Of a stretch of DNA of 64,000 bases, positions 11,386-23,026 are shown piece after piece. Both the position numbers and the translations under genes were made by a program. The notes beneath the pieces were generated by a model. The model was not told where the DNA came from, did no database searches, and saw only the letters and a program-made list of their open reading frames with translations. How positions within the stretch are numbered: position 1 is the first letter of the stretch; the number at the start of each line of letters is the position of its first letter. The stretch comes from an uncultured Gemmatimonadales bacterium. Lineage in GTDB: Bacteria; Gemmatimonadota; Gemmatimonadetes; Gemmatimonadales; Gemmatimonadaceae. The stretch lies in contig CAVPQB010000004.1 in assembly GCA_963707505.1 (NCBI GenBank), positions 1,374,272 to 1,438,271 on the forward strand, written 5' to 3'.

Positions 11386-11479
11386 CGGCCTCGCCCTGCG
11401 GGCTCGGCCTCGCCACGACGATCGCGCTGCTGCCTCAACCCACAAGCGGCCTCGTTTGAACCGACGCGGTTGACACCTT

Positions 11480-11532
11480 GTGGCCTGATTTTCGACCGAG
11501 GCCAGTCGCCTATTTTTCGACAGGCCTCGCCA
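11480..11532. mobile_element. Probable orphan IS21-family terminus
   Basis: Tandem boxes gtggcctgattttcgaccg and gtcgcctatttttcgacag ending in CA resemble IS21 terminal repeats; no istAB present. Confidence 0.45.
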
Positions 11533-11849
11533 GTCAGACCCATCGCGGCGGGGCGGCTGCTATCCCAGCACGATTGCAATCACGTGCTCGTCGTGGACTG
11601 CGTCGCCTCTCCCCCTGCCATCCGATCGCCCCAAGCTACGTCGATCAGCGGCCCATGAGTTCCCGCGCTGGGAGGAGCCGGGCACGTCTCGCGGGCCACG
11701 GCGCGCCGCCTCCTCGCCAGACGCACAACCAACAAGCGGTGGGGGCCGCTACAGTCGCCGCATGTTGAGGACCGGCGGCCTCACGTGCCGCTCGGCGCTC
11801 CTCTTCTGTCACAGTTGTTGAACCGCCCTCTACGACAACCTTCGGGTTT

Positions 11850-11940
11850 GTGACCCTCCGGTTATGAGAGGCTTCGAGGGGTCCAGCTAGGTGCTGATTT
11901 GCAGCGCTTTTGTGATTTTGCCTGAGCTTGCCCGAGGCTA
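11850..11940 (-). other. Degenerate att site (tRNA-fMet anticodon-loop core plus arm)
   Basis: Ungapped alignment with 37070-37160 gives 61/91 identities by hand count, including GTTATGAG and GATTTGCAG. Confidence 0.7.
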
Positions 11941-12419
11941 GATTTTGCCGGTCTTGTTAGACGGTCTGCGACCGTCCCGGTGCGCTTCGGCGCCACAGCA
12001 AAGGAACTCGCTGTCCGCGCAAGCCAGGAGAGCCGGCGTCACGCCCGAGATGCTCGCGGCACCCGGAGAGCAGGTCTCTGCTGACCAATCGGTCGCTTCC
12101 CCAGCGCGGCCCTGCCGCTTCACGTCTCGAGCGGCAGTCTCGTCAAGACTGCCTGGGTTCGCGCGGTGATCGCATCCCGCGCCCGGGTCGAGGGACTTTG
12201 TAGGTTGTCCGGGTTCGGGGCGGGGAGCCCGTGAGGGCTCTTTCTGGGGTGGGAGATCGGGGGTCGTGTCGCTGAGCACCGCCGTCGATATCCGCGACGG
12301 GGTCGAGCGTTCGTCGCCATCTGTGGTGTTGCCTTCGCAAAGCGTCGGTGAGGGCGCGCCGCGGTCCCGGCCGCGATCCGGCATCCTGTCGGGCTAGGAT
12401 CGTCGCCCTTGCCTCCCCC

Positions 12420-13505
12420 GTGATCGCGGCGCCCGCCCGCTCTGTGCCGCCGCTGCCGGTGGCTGCGCACCTCACCGCCGAGGATCTCGCTGCGATCGGT
12501 CGGGACTTCGATGCCATCCGCACAGACGTCGTCGCCCGGCTCGGCCGCCGGGACGCTGACTACATCCGGAGAGTGATCACGGTCCAACGCTGCCTGGAGC
12601 TCGCTGGTCGGGCCTCGCTCCTGCTCTCCAAGCGCCGTCCCGCGTTCTTCGCCGGGACCGCGATGCTGACGCTGTCCAAGATCCTGGAGAACATGGAGAT
12701 CGGCCATAACGTGATGCACGGCCAATATGACTGGATGGACGATCCCGCCGTCTGTTCGCGCCGCTGGGAGTGGGATGCGGTCTCCACCGCCGCTTCCTGG
12801 AAGTTCGCCCACAACTTCCAGCACCACTCGTTCACGAACGTGATCGGCAAGGACCGCGACCTCGGCTACTCCGTGATGCGAGTCGACGCCGACCAGCCGT
12901 GGCATCCCATCTATCTCATCCAGCCGATCTACGGCGTCGCGGTGGCGCTGACGTTCGAGTGGGGAATCGCGATCTACGACATGGAGCTCGACGCGGTGCG
13001 CCGAGGCGAGAAGTCATGGGACAAGGGCCGAGCGGAGTTGGTGGCGTTCGCGCGCAAGGCGCTGCGCCAGCTCGTCAAGGACTTCGTGCTCTGGCCTGCG
13101 CTCTCCGGGCGGGCGGCCAAGCACACCGCGGTCGCGAACCTGATCGCGAACGCCGCTCGGAACGTGTGGGTCCACACGATCGTGTTCATGGGGCACCTCC
13201 CCGAGGGCGCGGAGACGTTCAGCGAGGAGCAGACTGCCGACGAGACCCGCGGCGAGTGGTGCGTCCGGCAGTTGCTCGGCTCCTGCAACCTCGAGGGAAC
13301 GCGGCTGTTTCACATCATGAGCGGCAGCCTCTCCTTCCAGATCGAGCACCACCTGTTCCCCGACATCCCGAGCTGCCGATATCCCGACATCGCACCGCGC
13401 GTTCGTGAGGTCTGCGAGCGCTACGGGCTCCCGTACAACAGCGGCCGGCTGGGCAATCAGTACAGGTCGGTCGCGACCAAGATCCTGCGCTACTCCCTGC
13501 CCTGA
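12420..13505 (+). CDS. Membrane acyl-CoA fatty acid desaturase (DesA3-like); start approximate
   Basis: Three His boxes: HNVMH, HNFQHH, QIEHHLFP. Confidence 0.92.
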   Translation: MIAAPARSVPPLPVAAHLTAEDLAAIGRDFDAIRTDVVARLGRRDADYIRRVITVQRCLELAGRASLLLSKRRPAFFAGTAMLTLSKILENMEIGHNVMHGQYDWMDDPAVCSRRWEWDAVSTAASWKFAHNFQHHSFTNVIGKDRDLGYSVMRVDADQPWHPIYLIQPIYGVAVALTFEWGIAIYDMELDAVRRGEKSWDKGRAELVAFARKALRQLVKDFVLWPALSGRAAKHTAVANLIANAARNVWVHTIVFMGHLPEGAETFSEEQTADETRGEWCVRQLLGSCNLEGTRLFHIMSGSLSFQIEHHLFPDIPSCRYPDIAPRVREVCERYGLPYNSGRLGNQYRSVATKILRYSLP

Positions 13506-13764
13506 GGCGCCAGCTCACGCAAGGATAGGCACGCCACCCAACGCGTCGTTGGGGGACCAGTTCCTGCGCGTCCGCTCAACGTTCGGCGATTGAGACGGGC
13601 TCCGTGGTCGCTCTGGGCCGCAATCGCCAGCAAATCGTTGTGGATGGGCGTCTGAGACACGCACCACCTATCGGCCCGGGATGACCGCGAGCCGACACCT
13701 ATCTGCCGGCTGAGTCCGCTCGGCGGTCGCGTACCTGATACGCAGGCGGCTGTAGGCTCGTTTC

Positions 13765-14452
13765 ATGTCCGGTCCCGAGACGAACTCGGTCAAGTGTCAT
13801 CTTGACGTTGACGCTGATGGCTACGACGTCCAGATCCGACGCCTGATTCCACACTACGACGAGATGATCGCCACTGGTGTCGAGCTGCTGAGCGCGCTGG
13901 CGCCGCCCGACGGGCACGTTCTCGACCTCGGTGGCGGTACTGGTGCGCTCTCGTCGGCCGTGCTTGATGCGCTTCCCGGTGTCCGCGTGACCTGGACGCG
14001 GACATGCTCGGCGAGGCCCGTCGCCGGCTGGCCCGCTTCGCGGATCGCGTCTCGTTGCAGGAAGGCAGCTTCTTGGACGCGCTGCCGGCCGCAGATGCCG
14101 TGGTCGCGTCCTTGTCGCTGCACCACGTCCATGACCTGCAGACCAAGACGGCGCTTTACCGGGCGATTTACGCCACGCTGTCGCCCGGCGGGGTGCTGGT
14201 CAATCTTGACGCGGCGGTGACTGAAGGCGCGCGGCTTCGCGGGCTCGGGTTTGACCGCTGGGCGGCTCGGGTGGGTGATCACGGCATCACGATGCGCAGG
14301 CGCACGGCCATTTCGCGGCGTGGTCAGATGAGGACCGGTACTTTGCGCTGGACGCGGAGCTGAGCGCGCTGCGCGAGGCGGGCTTCGATGAGGTCGAGTG
14401 CTTCTGGCGGCGGGAGTTGTCTGCAGTCATATGCGGGTTGCGCGCCAGCTGA
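13765..14452 (+). CDS. Class I SAM-dependent methyltransferase (frameshifted)
   Basis: IPHYDEM, VLDLGGGTG, VVASLSLHH, LSPGGVLVN, LREAGFDEV. Confidence 0.82.
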
Positions 14453-15091
14453 CCGGCCCCCATCCGCCGCGATGACAGGTCCCCGGGACCGCCCGAACCG
14501 ACGTTCGCTGGACCATCCCCATCGCGACGGCCGTGTTCAGGGTTGCGGTGGCTTAGCACCGACTCCCGGCCCGGCGTCCGGTCAGCAGTCGCTGAGCGAG
14601 CGCCGCTGACGCGCGGGTGTATCGGCAGTCGCCGACGGTCAAGAGATGCGTCCACGGGACCGTCTTGCCCCGTGGGCGCACCAGATGACGCGCCCCAACT
14701 CCTTCGTGTTCGTGCCCCCACCGATCTCTATCGGCACTCGCCTAGCAAACCTTTAGCAAGAATTATGAGGTCTACCGAGGGCACGTCCCCGACGCCGGGG
14801 TCATCCCACCGACTGGATGCCCAGCAACCACAGGCCGGCAGGACCGGGCTGGCAGATCGATCACTGGTGGCAGTCCAGAGCGGTCCGCACACATCGTGCC
14901 CTCGCGCGGGAAGCGGAGCTGGTCGCAGACGCGGATAGACCAGCGGACGCTTGAGCGTCGGCCGATATCGTCCGCCGCCGGCCGAGAGCGCGTCTCACGT
15001 GTTGACACTATCCGCACGCTAAGGCGACGGATTGAGAGGCGGCTGTCTCTTGACTGGTGGCTTGACGGTCGACCGACGACTTCGCCGCTAA

Positions 15092-15367
15092 CTACCGGCG
15101 CGCACGCGGCCGTCCTGGCGCGCCAGTCCTCGACCGACGCACCAGCCAGACAAGGAACATCGAGAAGAGGACCGACAACAGCAGTCCCGCGCCATGGCGA
15201 TGCAGGACATACCAAGAGAACAAACCAGCACTGAACGTTCCGACCAGCCCGACCACCGCAGTCATCCACACGCTCATCGGATCGCGGCCAGGCAGCAGCA
15301 GACGCGCCAGCGCCCCTACGAAGAGACCAACCACAAACAGGACGATGAGGTAGACGAGCAGGCCCAT
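15092..15367 (-). CDS. GlsB/YeaQ/YmgE family stress-response membrane protein
   Basis: GLFVGALARLLLPGRDPMS; three hydrophobic segments. Confidence 0.85.
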   Translation of the reverse strand: MGLLVYLIVLFVVGLFVGALARLLLPGRDPMSVWMTAVVGLVGTFSAGLFSWYVLHRHGAGLLLSVLFSMFLVWLVRRSRTGAPGRPRARR

Positions 15368-15591
15368 TCGTTACGCCTACCCCGTTGCAAGCACCGGCTA
15401 TCATCGCGGGCGCCAATCGACCGACGATCGGTGTCCGAACGAGAGGCTTTTACCTCGCCGTCCGGTCGGGGATGGGCTCGCGCGACTAGCCCTGCCTGCC
15501 GCGCAAAGCTGGAAAGCCTACGTCGGCGAAGAGGTGCCTGTCGCGCGCTGAAAGGAGGTTCCGGTGACGGCCGGCCCGTGTCTAGCTTGAG

Positions 15592-16086
15592 TCACGCCCT
15601 GACAGGTCCGAATGCGCCGTTGGGCTGGTCTTGGACCTGCGCTTCGGTTCCGCGATCATGAGCGGGGCTGTTGCCCGATAGCGCAATCCGGGTCGCGGGG
15701 TCAGACCACTTCCATGCGTACCAGACGGCAGCCGCCGATGTGGCGATCAATATCAGTGAGAAGAACAGATAGGCCAAAGTCGGCGTTCCGACGAATAGCG
15801 TCACGATCTGAACCGCGGTCAAGAACGCGCCGGCTGCGATGTTGGCCCGGCGATTTGCCCGGTACCGCAATACACGAGACAGGACGACCATCGAGATCGA
15901 AATCTCGATGAGGACGCCGGCTCCGAGTAGGAATGCTTGGGTGTAATGCACCTTCGCGTGGTGGTTAATGAACACGCTGTAGTAGAGCGTGGTGATGTCG
16001 ATGTAGGCCGCGTTGAACATGTAGAAGATCCAGAGCAACGAGAGCCTCGAACCCATGTCCAAATTTGTTGTGTGCGATGCGGTCAT
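15592..16086 (-). CDS. DUF6326-like four-helix membrane protein
   Basis: SRLSLLWIFYMFNAAYIDI, IEISISMVVLSRVL.YRANRRANI, VWYAWKW. Confidence 0.7.
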   Translation of the reverse strand: MTASHTTNLDMGSRLSLLWIFYMFNAAYIDITTLYYSVFINHHAKVHYTQAFLLGAGVLIEISISMVVLSRVLRYRANRRANIAAGAFLTAVQIVTLFVGTPTLAYLFFSLILIATSAAAVWYAWKWSDPATRIALSGNSPAHDRGTEAQVQDQPNGAFGPVRA

Positions 16087-16399
16087 TGTTGGTCTCTTCC
16101 GTTCGTTTTGGTTGGGCTCTCGAGCATTGCGACCTCTGGAGCAAGACCCCGCATGGCTACCTGCCTTCCCCGCAGAAGGGGCGAACGCCAAGACCCGACC
16201 ATCGCAACTTACTCTCAGTGCAGAGCGCTGGATATGGCCCGTTCGGACCTGGTTGAGGGGCCCGTTCAGGCCCCCTCTGGGGAGTAGGAATGCGACCCGA
16301 ACATCCACTCGCCGGCTCACCCGCTCGCGTTATCGGCACCCGCGCCGGGTATAGATGCTCCGAGTAGACGATCTCGGGGGATCGGGATTGGTCCCGACT

Positions 16400-17089
16400 A
16401 TGCCCGCGCAACACGACTCGACGCAGCACCCGCAGCCGATCACGGTTGTCGTGGTCGACGACGAGCCGATGATCCGCGGGGCCCTGGCTCAGACACTGAC
16501 GGCTGGCGGGCTCGACCTCGTCGGTGAAGCCTCCAGCGCGCGAGACGCCCTCCGGCTCGTCGTTGACGTCCGCCCCGACGTCGTGCTGATGGACCTCCGG
16601 CTTCCCGACAGCCCGGGTGTGCGCGCGATCGAGCAGCTCGCTCTGTTGGCCCCCGCCTCGCGCATTCTGATCCTCACCCGCACCGAGCAGAACCGCGTGG
16701 TCGAAGCGATCGTGGCCGGCGCCAGCGGCTACATCCTCAAGACCGCGCCCCCCAAAGCGATCATCTCCGCGGTCAGGGCAACCGCCGCCGGAGAATCAGT
16801 CATCTCCTCCCAGATCGCCGGGAAACTCCTGCAGCGCATCCGCGAACGCGACATACCCGTCACCACCGCCAGCGACAACGCCGCGAGCGCGATCCGCTCC
16901 GTCCTGACCGAACGCGAACTGGAGATCTTCGAACGGCTCGCCAGCGGCAGAAGCAATCACGACATCGCCCACGAGCTCTCGCTCAGCACCAACACCGTCC
17001 ACAACCACATCGCCAGCATCCTCGCCAAACTCCACCTTGACAACCGCATCCAAGCAGCGGTCCAAGCCGTACGCAGCGGCATCTCCTAA
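16400..17089 (+). CDS. NarL/LuxR-family response regulator
   Basis: VVVDDE, DVVLMD, GYILK, LTERELEI..LASGRSN..IA..LSLSTNTVHNH. Confidence 0.93.
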   Translation: MPAQHDSTQHPQPITVVVVDDEPMIRGALAQTLTAGGLDLVGEASSARDALRLVVDVRPDVVLMDLRLPDSPGVRAIEQLALLAPASRILILTRTEQNRVVEAIVAGASGYILKTAPPKAIISAVRATAAGESVISSQIAGKLLQRIRERDIPVTTASDNAASAIRSVLTERELEIFERLASGRSNHDIAHELSLSTNTVHNHIASILAKLHLDNRIQAAVQAVRSGIS

Positions 17090-17396
17090 CCAGCTACGCG
17101 TGACGTCTTCGCTGCGGTGGCCTATCGGAACACCGCGATCGACCGCGACGCGGTACCGGACGCGCGTGATCGCCAAAGCAGGACCCGCCGACCCCGCAGC
17201 CCGCCCGACCTGCTCGTCGCCAATCTCAGGGCCCGGCGCCTCACAAGCCGCTGTTCGTAGAGGGTTCCCCGTGCGGACGGGTGCGGGGGATCGCTCAATA
17301 GCTACGGCACGCCAACCCGCTCGGCCTTTAGCGGCATGAGATCGGGGCCGCGACGCTTCCGCGGGCGCGTGGTGGGTGAGTCATAGGCTGTTAGCC

Positions 17397-17979
17397 ATGC
17401 TCGGGCGTCTGCCTTCTCAGGTTGCGTGGCGTCACGTCGGGGCGCGCGAGGGTTTTGAGGTCACGTTCGTCGCCGAGGTCAACGGCCTCCTGTGCTTCAC
17501 AGGAACGACGTCTGCGCTGGAGGATGGGCACGCCTGGACCGTCAGTTATCAAGTCATGGTCGACCCGATGTCCTGGGCGACTCGGAGCGCACACGTCAGC
17601 GCCCGTACCGACGCCGGGAAGCGTGCGCTGGAGCTGACTACCGACGGGGCGGGAGCGTTGGTGGCTCAACCGCCGGCCCGCTGCGCACCTCGATGGCTGC
17701 CTGGACATCGACCTCGAGTCCTCGGTGCTCACCAACGCGTTTCCCGCGCGCCGGCTCGGGCTGGCTTCCGGGCAGGGCGCTGACGCGCCCGGCGCCTATG
17801 TCCGCGCAGAGGATCTCCGCGTCGAACGTCTTGAGCAGCGCTACGTCCGCCTCGAGGACCAAGATGCGGGTCAGCGTTTTGCGTATGCCGCGCCCGCGTT
17901 TGACTTCACGTGCGTGCTGGCCTACGACGACGCCGGCCTCCTGCTCGACTATCCAGGCATCGCGGTCCGGGCCACCTGA
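17397..17979 (+). CDS. Putative glycolipid-binding domain protein (frameshifted)
   Basis: AWRH..AREGFEV, LDGCLDIDLESS.LTNAFP, VERLEQRY, LLLDYPGIA. Confidence 0.75.
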
Positions 17980-18530
17980 CCAAGCGATCCCGCGCCCCGA
18001 GCCCTCTCGCACTCAGCGTTCCCCTCTGAGATGTCGACTTCGTCCGCGTGACTGCCTTCGAGGGCATGCGGCAGTCTCGGTTTCGTGGCTGCCTTGGTCG
18101 GAGAGGCCGAGCGCCTTGCGACGCGCGGCCCTCCTCAGAACCAGGACGTGCGGCTTTCACCGCATCCGGCTCAAGCGAGTCCTGTTGGCTTTTGGCGGGC
18201 CGGTGCCGTGTCGCTGCGTGGGGTGCAGTCGGCGTGTATGAGACGGCGCTCAGCTTCGTCTGTAGTGCCTGTGTTCGACGTCGTGATCGTGATGATCGCG
18301 GCGTGGTTGGCGGCCAGCTACGGCGACACAGCACACGCCGAGCACCGTGTCGAATCTTCGCGCTCGGTCCTGGGGAGGTTGCCAGTGCTGTGGTCGCCGA
18401 CGTCGTTGTCGCGACGCGGTCTCGCGCGCGTCAGCACAGGTGGGGCACCGGCGGGTTGCCCGCGCTCCTCAGCAGCCTTCGATGTCACGGCTTGCTCGTT
18501 CAGACGCTGCTGTGCGCGGTTCCGGTTTGC

Positions 18531-19637
18531 TCAACGAACCAGTCGAGGGCCGCGACAACCGCCTCGTAGTTCTCGGGCTGCGAGAAATTGCTCAACTGGG
18601 AACGACTTGAAGGATTGGTCGATGATCTTGTCCTCGACGGGCATTCCTGCCGCTGCGCCAATGCGGCGGACGAACTCGAGGCGAAGGTCGTCTCTATTGA
18701 ACGGCGGGAGGCGGCGCATCTCGTGCGGGTAGAGGTCGAGCTTACCGTCCGTGGACAAGCCGAAAGGCCGGGCGGTCGAGTCGTGAGGGCCGGCGACCAC
18801 GACGTGCGCGTACCCGATCTTCGCGCCCGAGCCCCATGCGACTGGGAGGTTGCGGTCGTTCGCCCAACTGAGCAGTCGTTCGGCAACCGTCACGGTCTCA
18901 GCCGATGATGAGCGTCTCATTTCGTCCAGCCCCGATTCGGAACTCCAGTCGCGCTTCTCGGTCACCGCCTTGGCGTGTTGTGCCGTCGACGTCCTCCCAA
19001 TGATCTGGGTCGTCAGAACGGTGACGCCATCGCCTTTGTGCTGCTTCACCTCCACCGCGAGCACCTCGGTGGCGCGCATCTGCTCGTTGAGAAACTCGAC
19101 GACCGTCTGCAGGCTCGCGGGGATCTCATCGGCAACGAACACGAGGCGCAGCCGCTTGGCGGCTAGGTTCGTCTTCACTCGAGTCCAGTACTCCTCGTAG
19201 TCAGCGTCCGATATCTCCCGAACCTTCTCAGCGGGCTCGACGCCGGCGTGATCGCATCTGGCTTCGAACTCGTCACGCATCCGTTCCGGCGGCCAGTGCG
19301 CCAGGATGTTCGCCGCGTAGTCGAGCATCTGCCCCACGACCTCACGCCGGATCCGGCTATCACTGGACCGTTTCACCTCGACAAGCGTTGGCACTGCCTC
19401 GGCGTCAAGGAACAGGTGATCAAGAAACCAGCGGTCAGAACCACCATCGCCTTCCGGCACCCCAGCTTCCCGGCGAACGAGCAGGTACCTGGACGGATGG
19501 CCGGAGTCCGCCGTCTCGCCGAGCAAGAGCTCAGGGTTGACCTCGAGAAGCTCCTGTAGCTGGTCTTCCGACTCGTACAACTCGCCACGCAGCTGCACGA
19601 GCTCGCCTGCGTCTCGTCTCAGGAAGATGCCGGGCAC
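18531..19637 (-). CDS. NucS-like PD-(D/E)XK endonuclease domain protein (C-terminus possibly frameshifted)
   Basis: ESEDQLQELL, LDHLFLD..AVPTLVEVKRSSD.RIRREVVGQMLDYAAN. Confidence 0.75.
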   Translation of the reverse strand: MPGIFLRRDAGELVQLRGELYESEDQLQELLEVNPELLLGETADSGHPSRYLLVRREAGVPEGDGGSDRWFLDHLFLDAEAVPTLVEVKRSSDSRIRREVVGQMLDYAANILAHWPPERMRDEFEARCDHAGVEPAEKVREISDADYEEYWTRVKTNLAAKRLRLVFVADEIPASLQTVVEFLNEQMRATEVLAVEVKQHKGDGVTVLTTQIIGRTSTAQHAKAVTEKRDWSSESGLDEMRRSSSAETVTVAERLLSWANDRNLPVAWGSGAKIGYAHVVVAGPHDSTARPFGLSTDGKLDLYPHEMRRLPPFNRDDLRLEFVRRIGAAAGMPVEDKIIDQSFKSFPVEQFLAARELRGGCRGPRLVR

Positions 19638-20350
19638 GGGACCACGCTACCGAAGACAGCGCCGCCCGACAAAGAGCCGCACGGCAGCTGGGCGACTCCG
19701 AGAGCGCCGACCAACCGTTGTCCCTCACGAAGCTCCCTGTCTCCTCCGTGGGGGGTGATGGCGCGAGTACCGCAGCCACGAAAGCACCGGTCGCGTCGCG
19801 CTGGACTTGGCCTCCGAGCGGCAGTCCTCCTTCGGGGCAACGAGCGAGAAGAGCGGCAGTCAGCGGCTGACGCCCCGGCTGGCGACGAAGGGGGAGCGCT
19901 CGCCGATCGCCGGTCCGAGCGTCTGCTTGCTCGCCAACGGCTAGCACCGCTGCGTCGCGAAGTTGCGCTTGGTCGCCGAAGCGATGCCGAGCTGCGCGAG
20001 GCTCTGAGACGAAAGCGATCATCACAGTGTCCTCCAAGTGATGTACGCCGATGAGCCATGCGGCGGCCCCAGCGGTGATCGCCTTCACGCGATTGCGAGG
20101 GCGCGGTTGCTGACGCGCCCGGTCGCCTTCTGCATGCCGTCTGCCCTGGCAACTTCTTCAGGCCGGAGCAGGATCGGCGGGGTGCCGGCGTCCGCGCGTG
20201 GGAGACGGTCGGCGAGTCCGTTCAGGTGTGCGCCGCAGCTCGACAGGAGGTCTCCGGCCGTAGCGCGGGCAGGCACCTCGTGCCGGGCGACGATCTGCGT
20301 TGGGGGACCGATGCAGCTGGTCGGTTGCGTGGTTTGCGCGGGCGAGGCGT

Positions 20351-21510
20351 ATGTTGCTAGCGACGATGGTGAGTGGTCAGCCCGAGGCAGGTGAGCTGCT
20401 GGGTGCGTCGTTGCCGCATCTGGTGCCCGAACGGGTCGTCGAGGTCGCGTCGGCGCAGGCGGGCTGCCCGGTCGCGGCGTATGTGCTGGATCTGGATGGG
20501 TCGTTCGCTCTGCGTTTGGCCGGCGATGTGGAGCGGTTTCCCGAGCGGATCCGTGCGCCGGTCGGTGTCGGCCCGGAGATCATTCCCGAGGCTATGCCGC
20601 AGTTGCGGGGGCTGGTGATCGATCGCGTCGGACCGAGCACGCTGTGGCCGTTGGTGGTTCGCGATCGCGTGATGGGCTTTCTGCTGGCTCGCGACCGGCC
20701 GGCGGTTGATCTGGAGCCATTTGCGGGCCAGGCCGCGTTGGCGCTGGAGTTGGCGTCTGGCTACACCGACGCGTTGCATGCCGTCCGTCGGCGCAAGGAC
20801 ACTCAGCCCGCTGCCGAGATTCAGCAGAACCTGTTGCCGCCGCGGCTGGCCCGTGTGGACCGGGCCGACGTCGCCGGGGGTGTGCTGCCGGGCTATGACG
20901 TCGGCGGCGACTTCTTTGATTACGCCGCCAACGCGGACGGCTTGTGGCTGGTCGTCGCTGACGCGACCGGAAAGGGCAATCCGGCCGCGGCGCTGTCTTC
21001 GTTGGCGATCGGGGCGCTGCGCGCCGCTCGCCGTGCCGGCGCTGGTCTGCAGGAAGCCGCGCGGCTGGTCGACGAGGCGATCCTGACGCTCGATACGCCG
21101 CTGTACCTGACCGCGGTGCTGGGATCCTGGGATCCCCACACGTATCGGCTGCGCTGGATCAACTGCGGCCATCCCACGCCGCTCGTCCTGCGCGCCGATG
21201 GGCGGATCGAAGAGCTCGACGGCGAGCGCACCTATCCGCTGGGCATGCGCTTCGCCGAGCGCGTGTTCCCGGTCCTCAGCGCTGAGGTGGGCCCGGAGAC
21301 CGCCTCTTGCTGTACTCCGACGGGGTCAGCGAGCGCCGCACCACAGACGGCGGCCGCATCGGCGAGACGGGCCTGCGTGCGGTTCTGGCCGAGCTGGGTA
21401 CCCGGTCGGCCGCGATGACGGTACGCGGCTTGCAAGACGCGGTGATAGACGCCTCCCGTGAACCGCTGCGCGACGACGCCACGATGCTGGTGATCGCGCC
21501 CCACGACTGA
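20351..21510 (+). CDS. PP2C/SpoIIE (RsbU-like) serine phosphatase (frameshift near 21300)
   Basis: EIQQNLLPP, VGGDFFD, VADATGKG, NCGHP, LYSDGVSE, DDATML. Confidence 0.92.
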
Positions 21511-21609
21511 CAACCCAACCGGTCCCAGCCCGATGCGACGCGGCTAGCCGGTCGTCATCGAGGGTAGCTTCCGATAGTGCGCGAGGAGACACGTGAGCCG
21601 CGAACAGTC

Positions 21610-21934
21610 ATGTGCGACGACGTCGCGGTCGTCACGGTCAGCGGCGAGCTCGATCTCGCGCTGTGCATCAAGCTCGCCCCCGAGCTCAATGCCGCGGTGC
21701 GCTCCACCGCGCGAGCGGTCGTCATCGATCTCGAGGACGTCTCCCTGGTCGATTCCTCGGGTATCGCGCTGCTGCTAAATGCCTTCCGCCATCTAGACCA
21801 CGCCGGGCGCCAGCTCGCGATCGCCTGCCCGCATGGGATCGCCGCGCCGCGCGTTCGAGCTGACAGCCCTCGATCGCCAGCTGCCGATGCACGAGACCCG
21901 CCGAGATGCGCTGGCTGCCGTACGCGTCAGCTAA
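21610..21934 (+). CDS. STAS-domain anti-sigma factor antagonist (frameshifted)
   Basis: VSGELDL, VVIDLEDVSLVDSSG, RRAFELTALD. Confidence 0.88.
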
Positions 21935-23026
21935 CCGTCTTTGGGTGAGGACAGCCACCGGCGCCAGGCTGGCGGGCGGGATCTAATCGAGAGCGCATCG
22001 CTCAGGTGCGTCGTCTAGGTGTAGTTCCTGACCACGTTGTTCCGGTCTGAGGGGTAAGCCATCCGGTGCTCCTTGGAGGCTGACAGGTGCTCAAGCCAGT
22101 CAGTCCCAAGGAGGACACCGGATGAAGATGCACGCTAACGCTCGGCTCAGTCTGAAGGGCCGCGAGCTGCTGGTCGATCGCGTCCAGGACGCGGGGTGGT
22201 CGCTGGTCGCGGCCGCCGAGGCGGCCGGGATCAGTGACCGCACCGCGCGCAAGTGGCTGGCCCGCCACCGGGCTGAAGGGCGCGAGGGGCTGCTGGATCG
22301 CTCCTCAGCCCCGACGGTGGTCGCCAATCGCACCGAGGAGCGCACGGTCGAGGTCATCGCTGCGCTGAGGCGGCTGCGCCTGACCGGCGCGGAGATCGCC
22401 GAGTGCCTGGATATGGCGCTCTCGACCGTGTCGGGGATCCTGACCCGGATCGGGCTGGGGCGGCTGGGGCGGCTGGGCTTGGAGCCCGCGCAGCGCTATG
22501 AGCGAGCTCGCCCGGTGAGCTGATCCACATCGACGTCAAGAAGCTCGGCCCGATCCACAACGGCGCTGGGCACCGCTTCACCGGCCATCCCGGCCAGCGC
22601 CGGGCCGCGGGCAGCCGCACCGACGCCGAAGGCGTCCGCCGCAACCGCAGCGGCTGGGAGTACGTGCACGTCGCCATCGACGACGCCACCCGCCTGGCCT
22701 ACGTCGCAGTTCTCGCCAACGAGAAAGCGCCCACCGCCATCGGATTCCTGCGCCGCGCCGTTCAGCACTTCGCCAGCTACGGCATCACCACCGAGCGACT
22801 GATCACCGATAACGGCAGCGCCTACCGCTCCACCGTCCACGCCATCGCCTGCCGCGCCCTCAAGATCCGCCACCTCCGCACCCGGCCCTACCGACCCCAG
22901 ACCAACGGCAAAGCCGAACGATTCATCCGCACCCTGCTCGGCGGCTGGGCCTACGGCGCGATCTACCGCTCAAGCGCCGAGCGCAACGCCGCCCTCGCCG
23001 GCTGGCTTGACTTCTACGGATGAAAG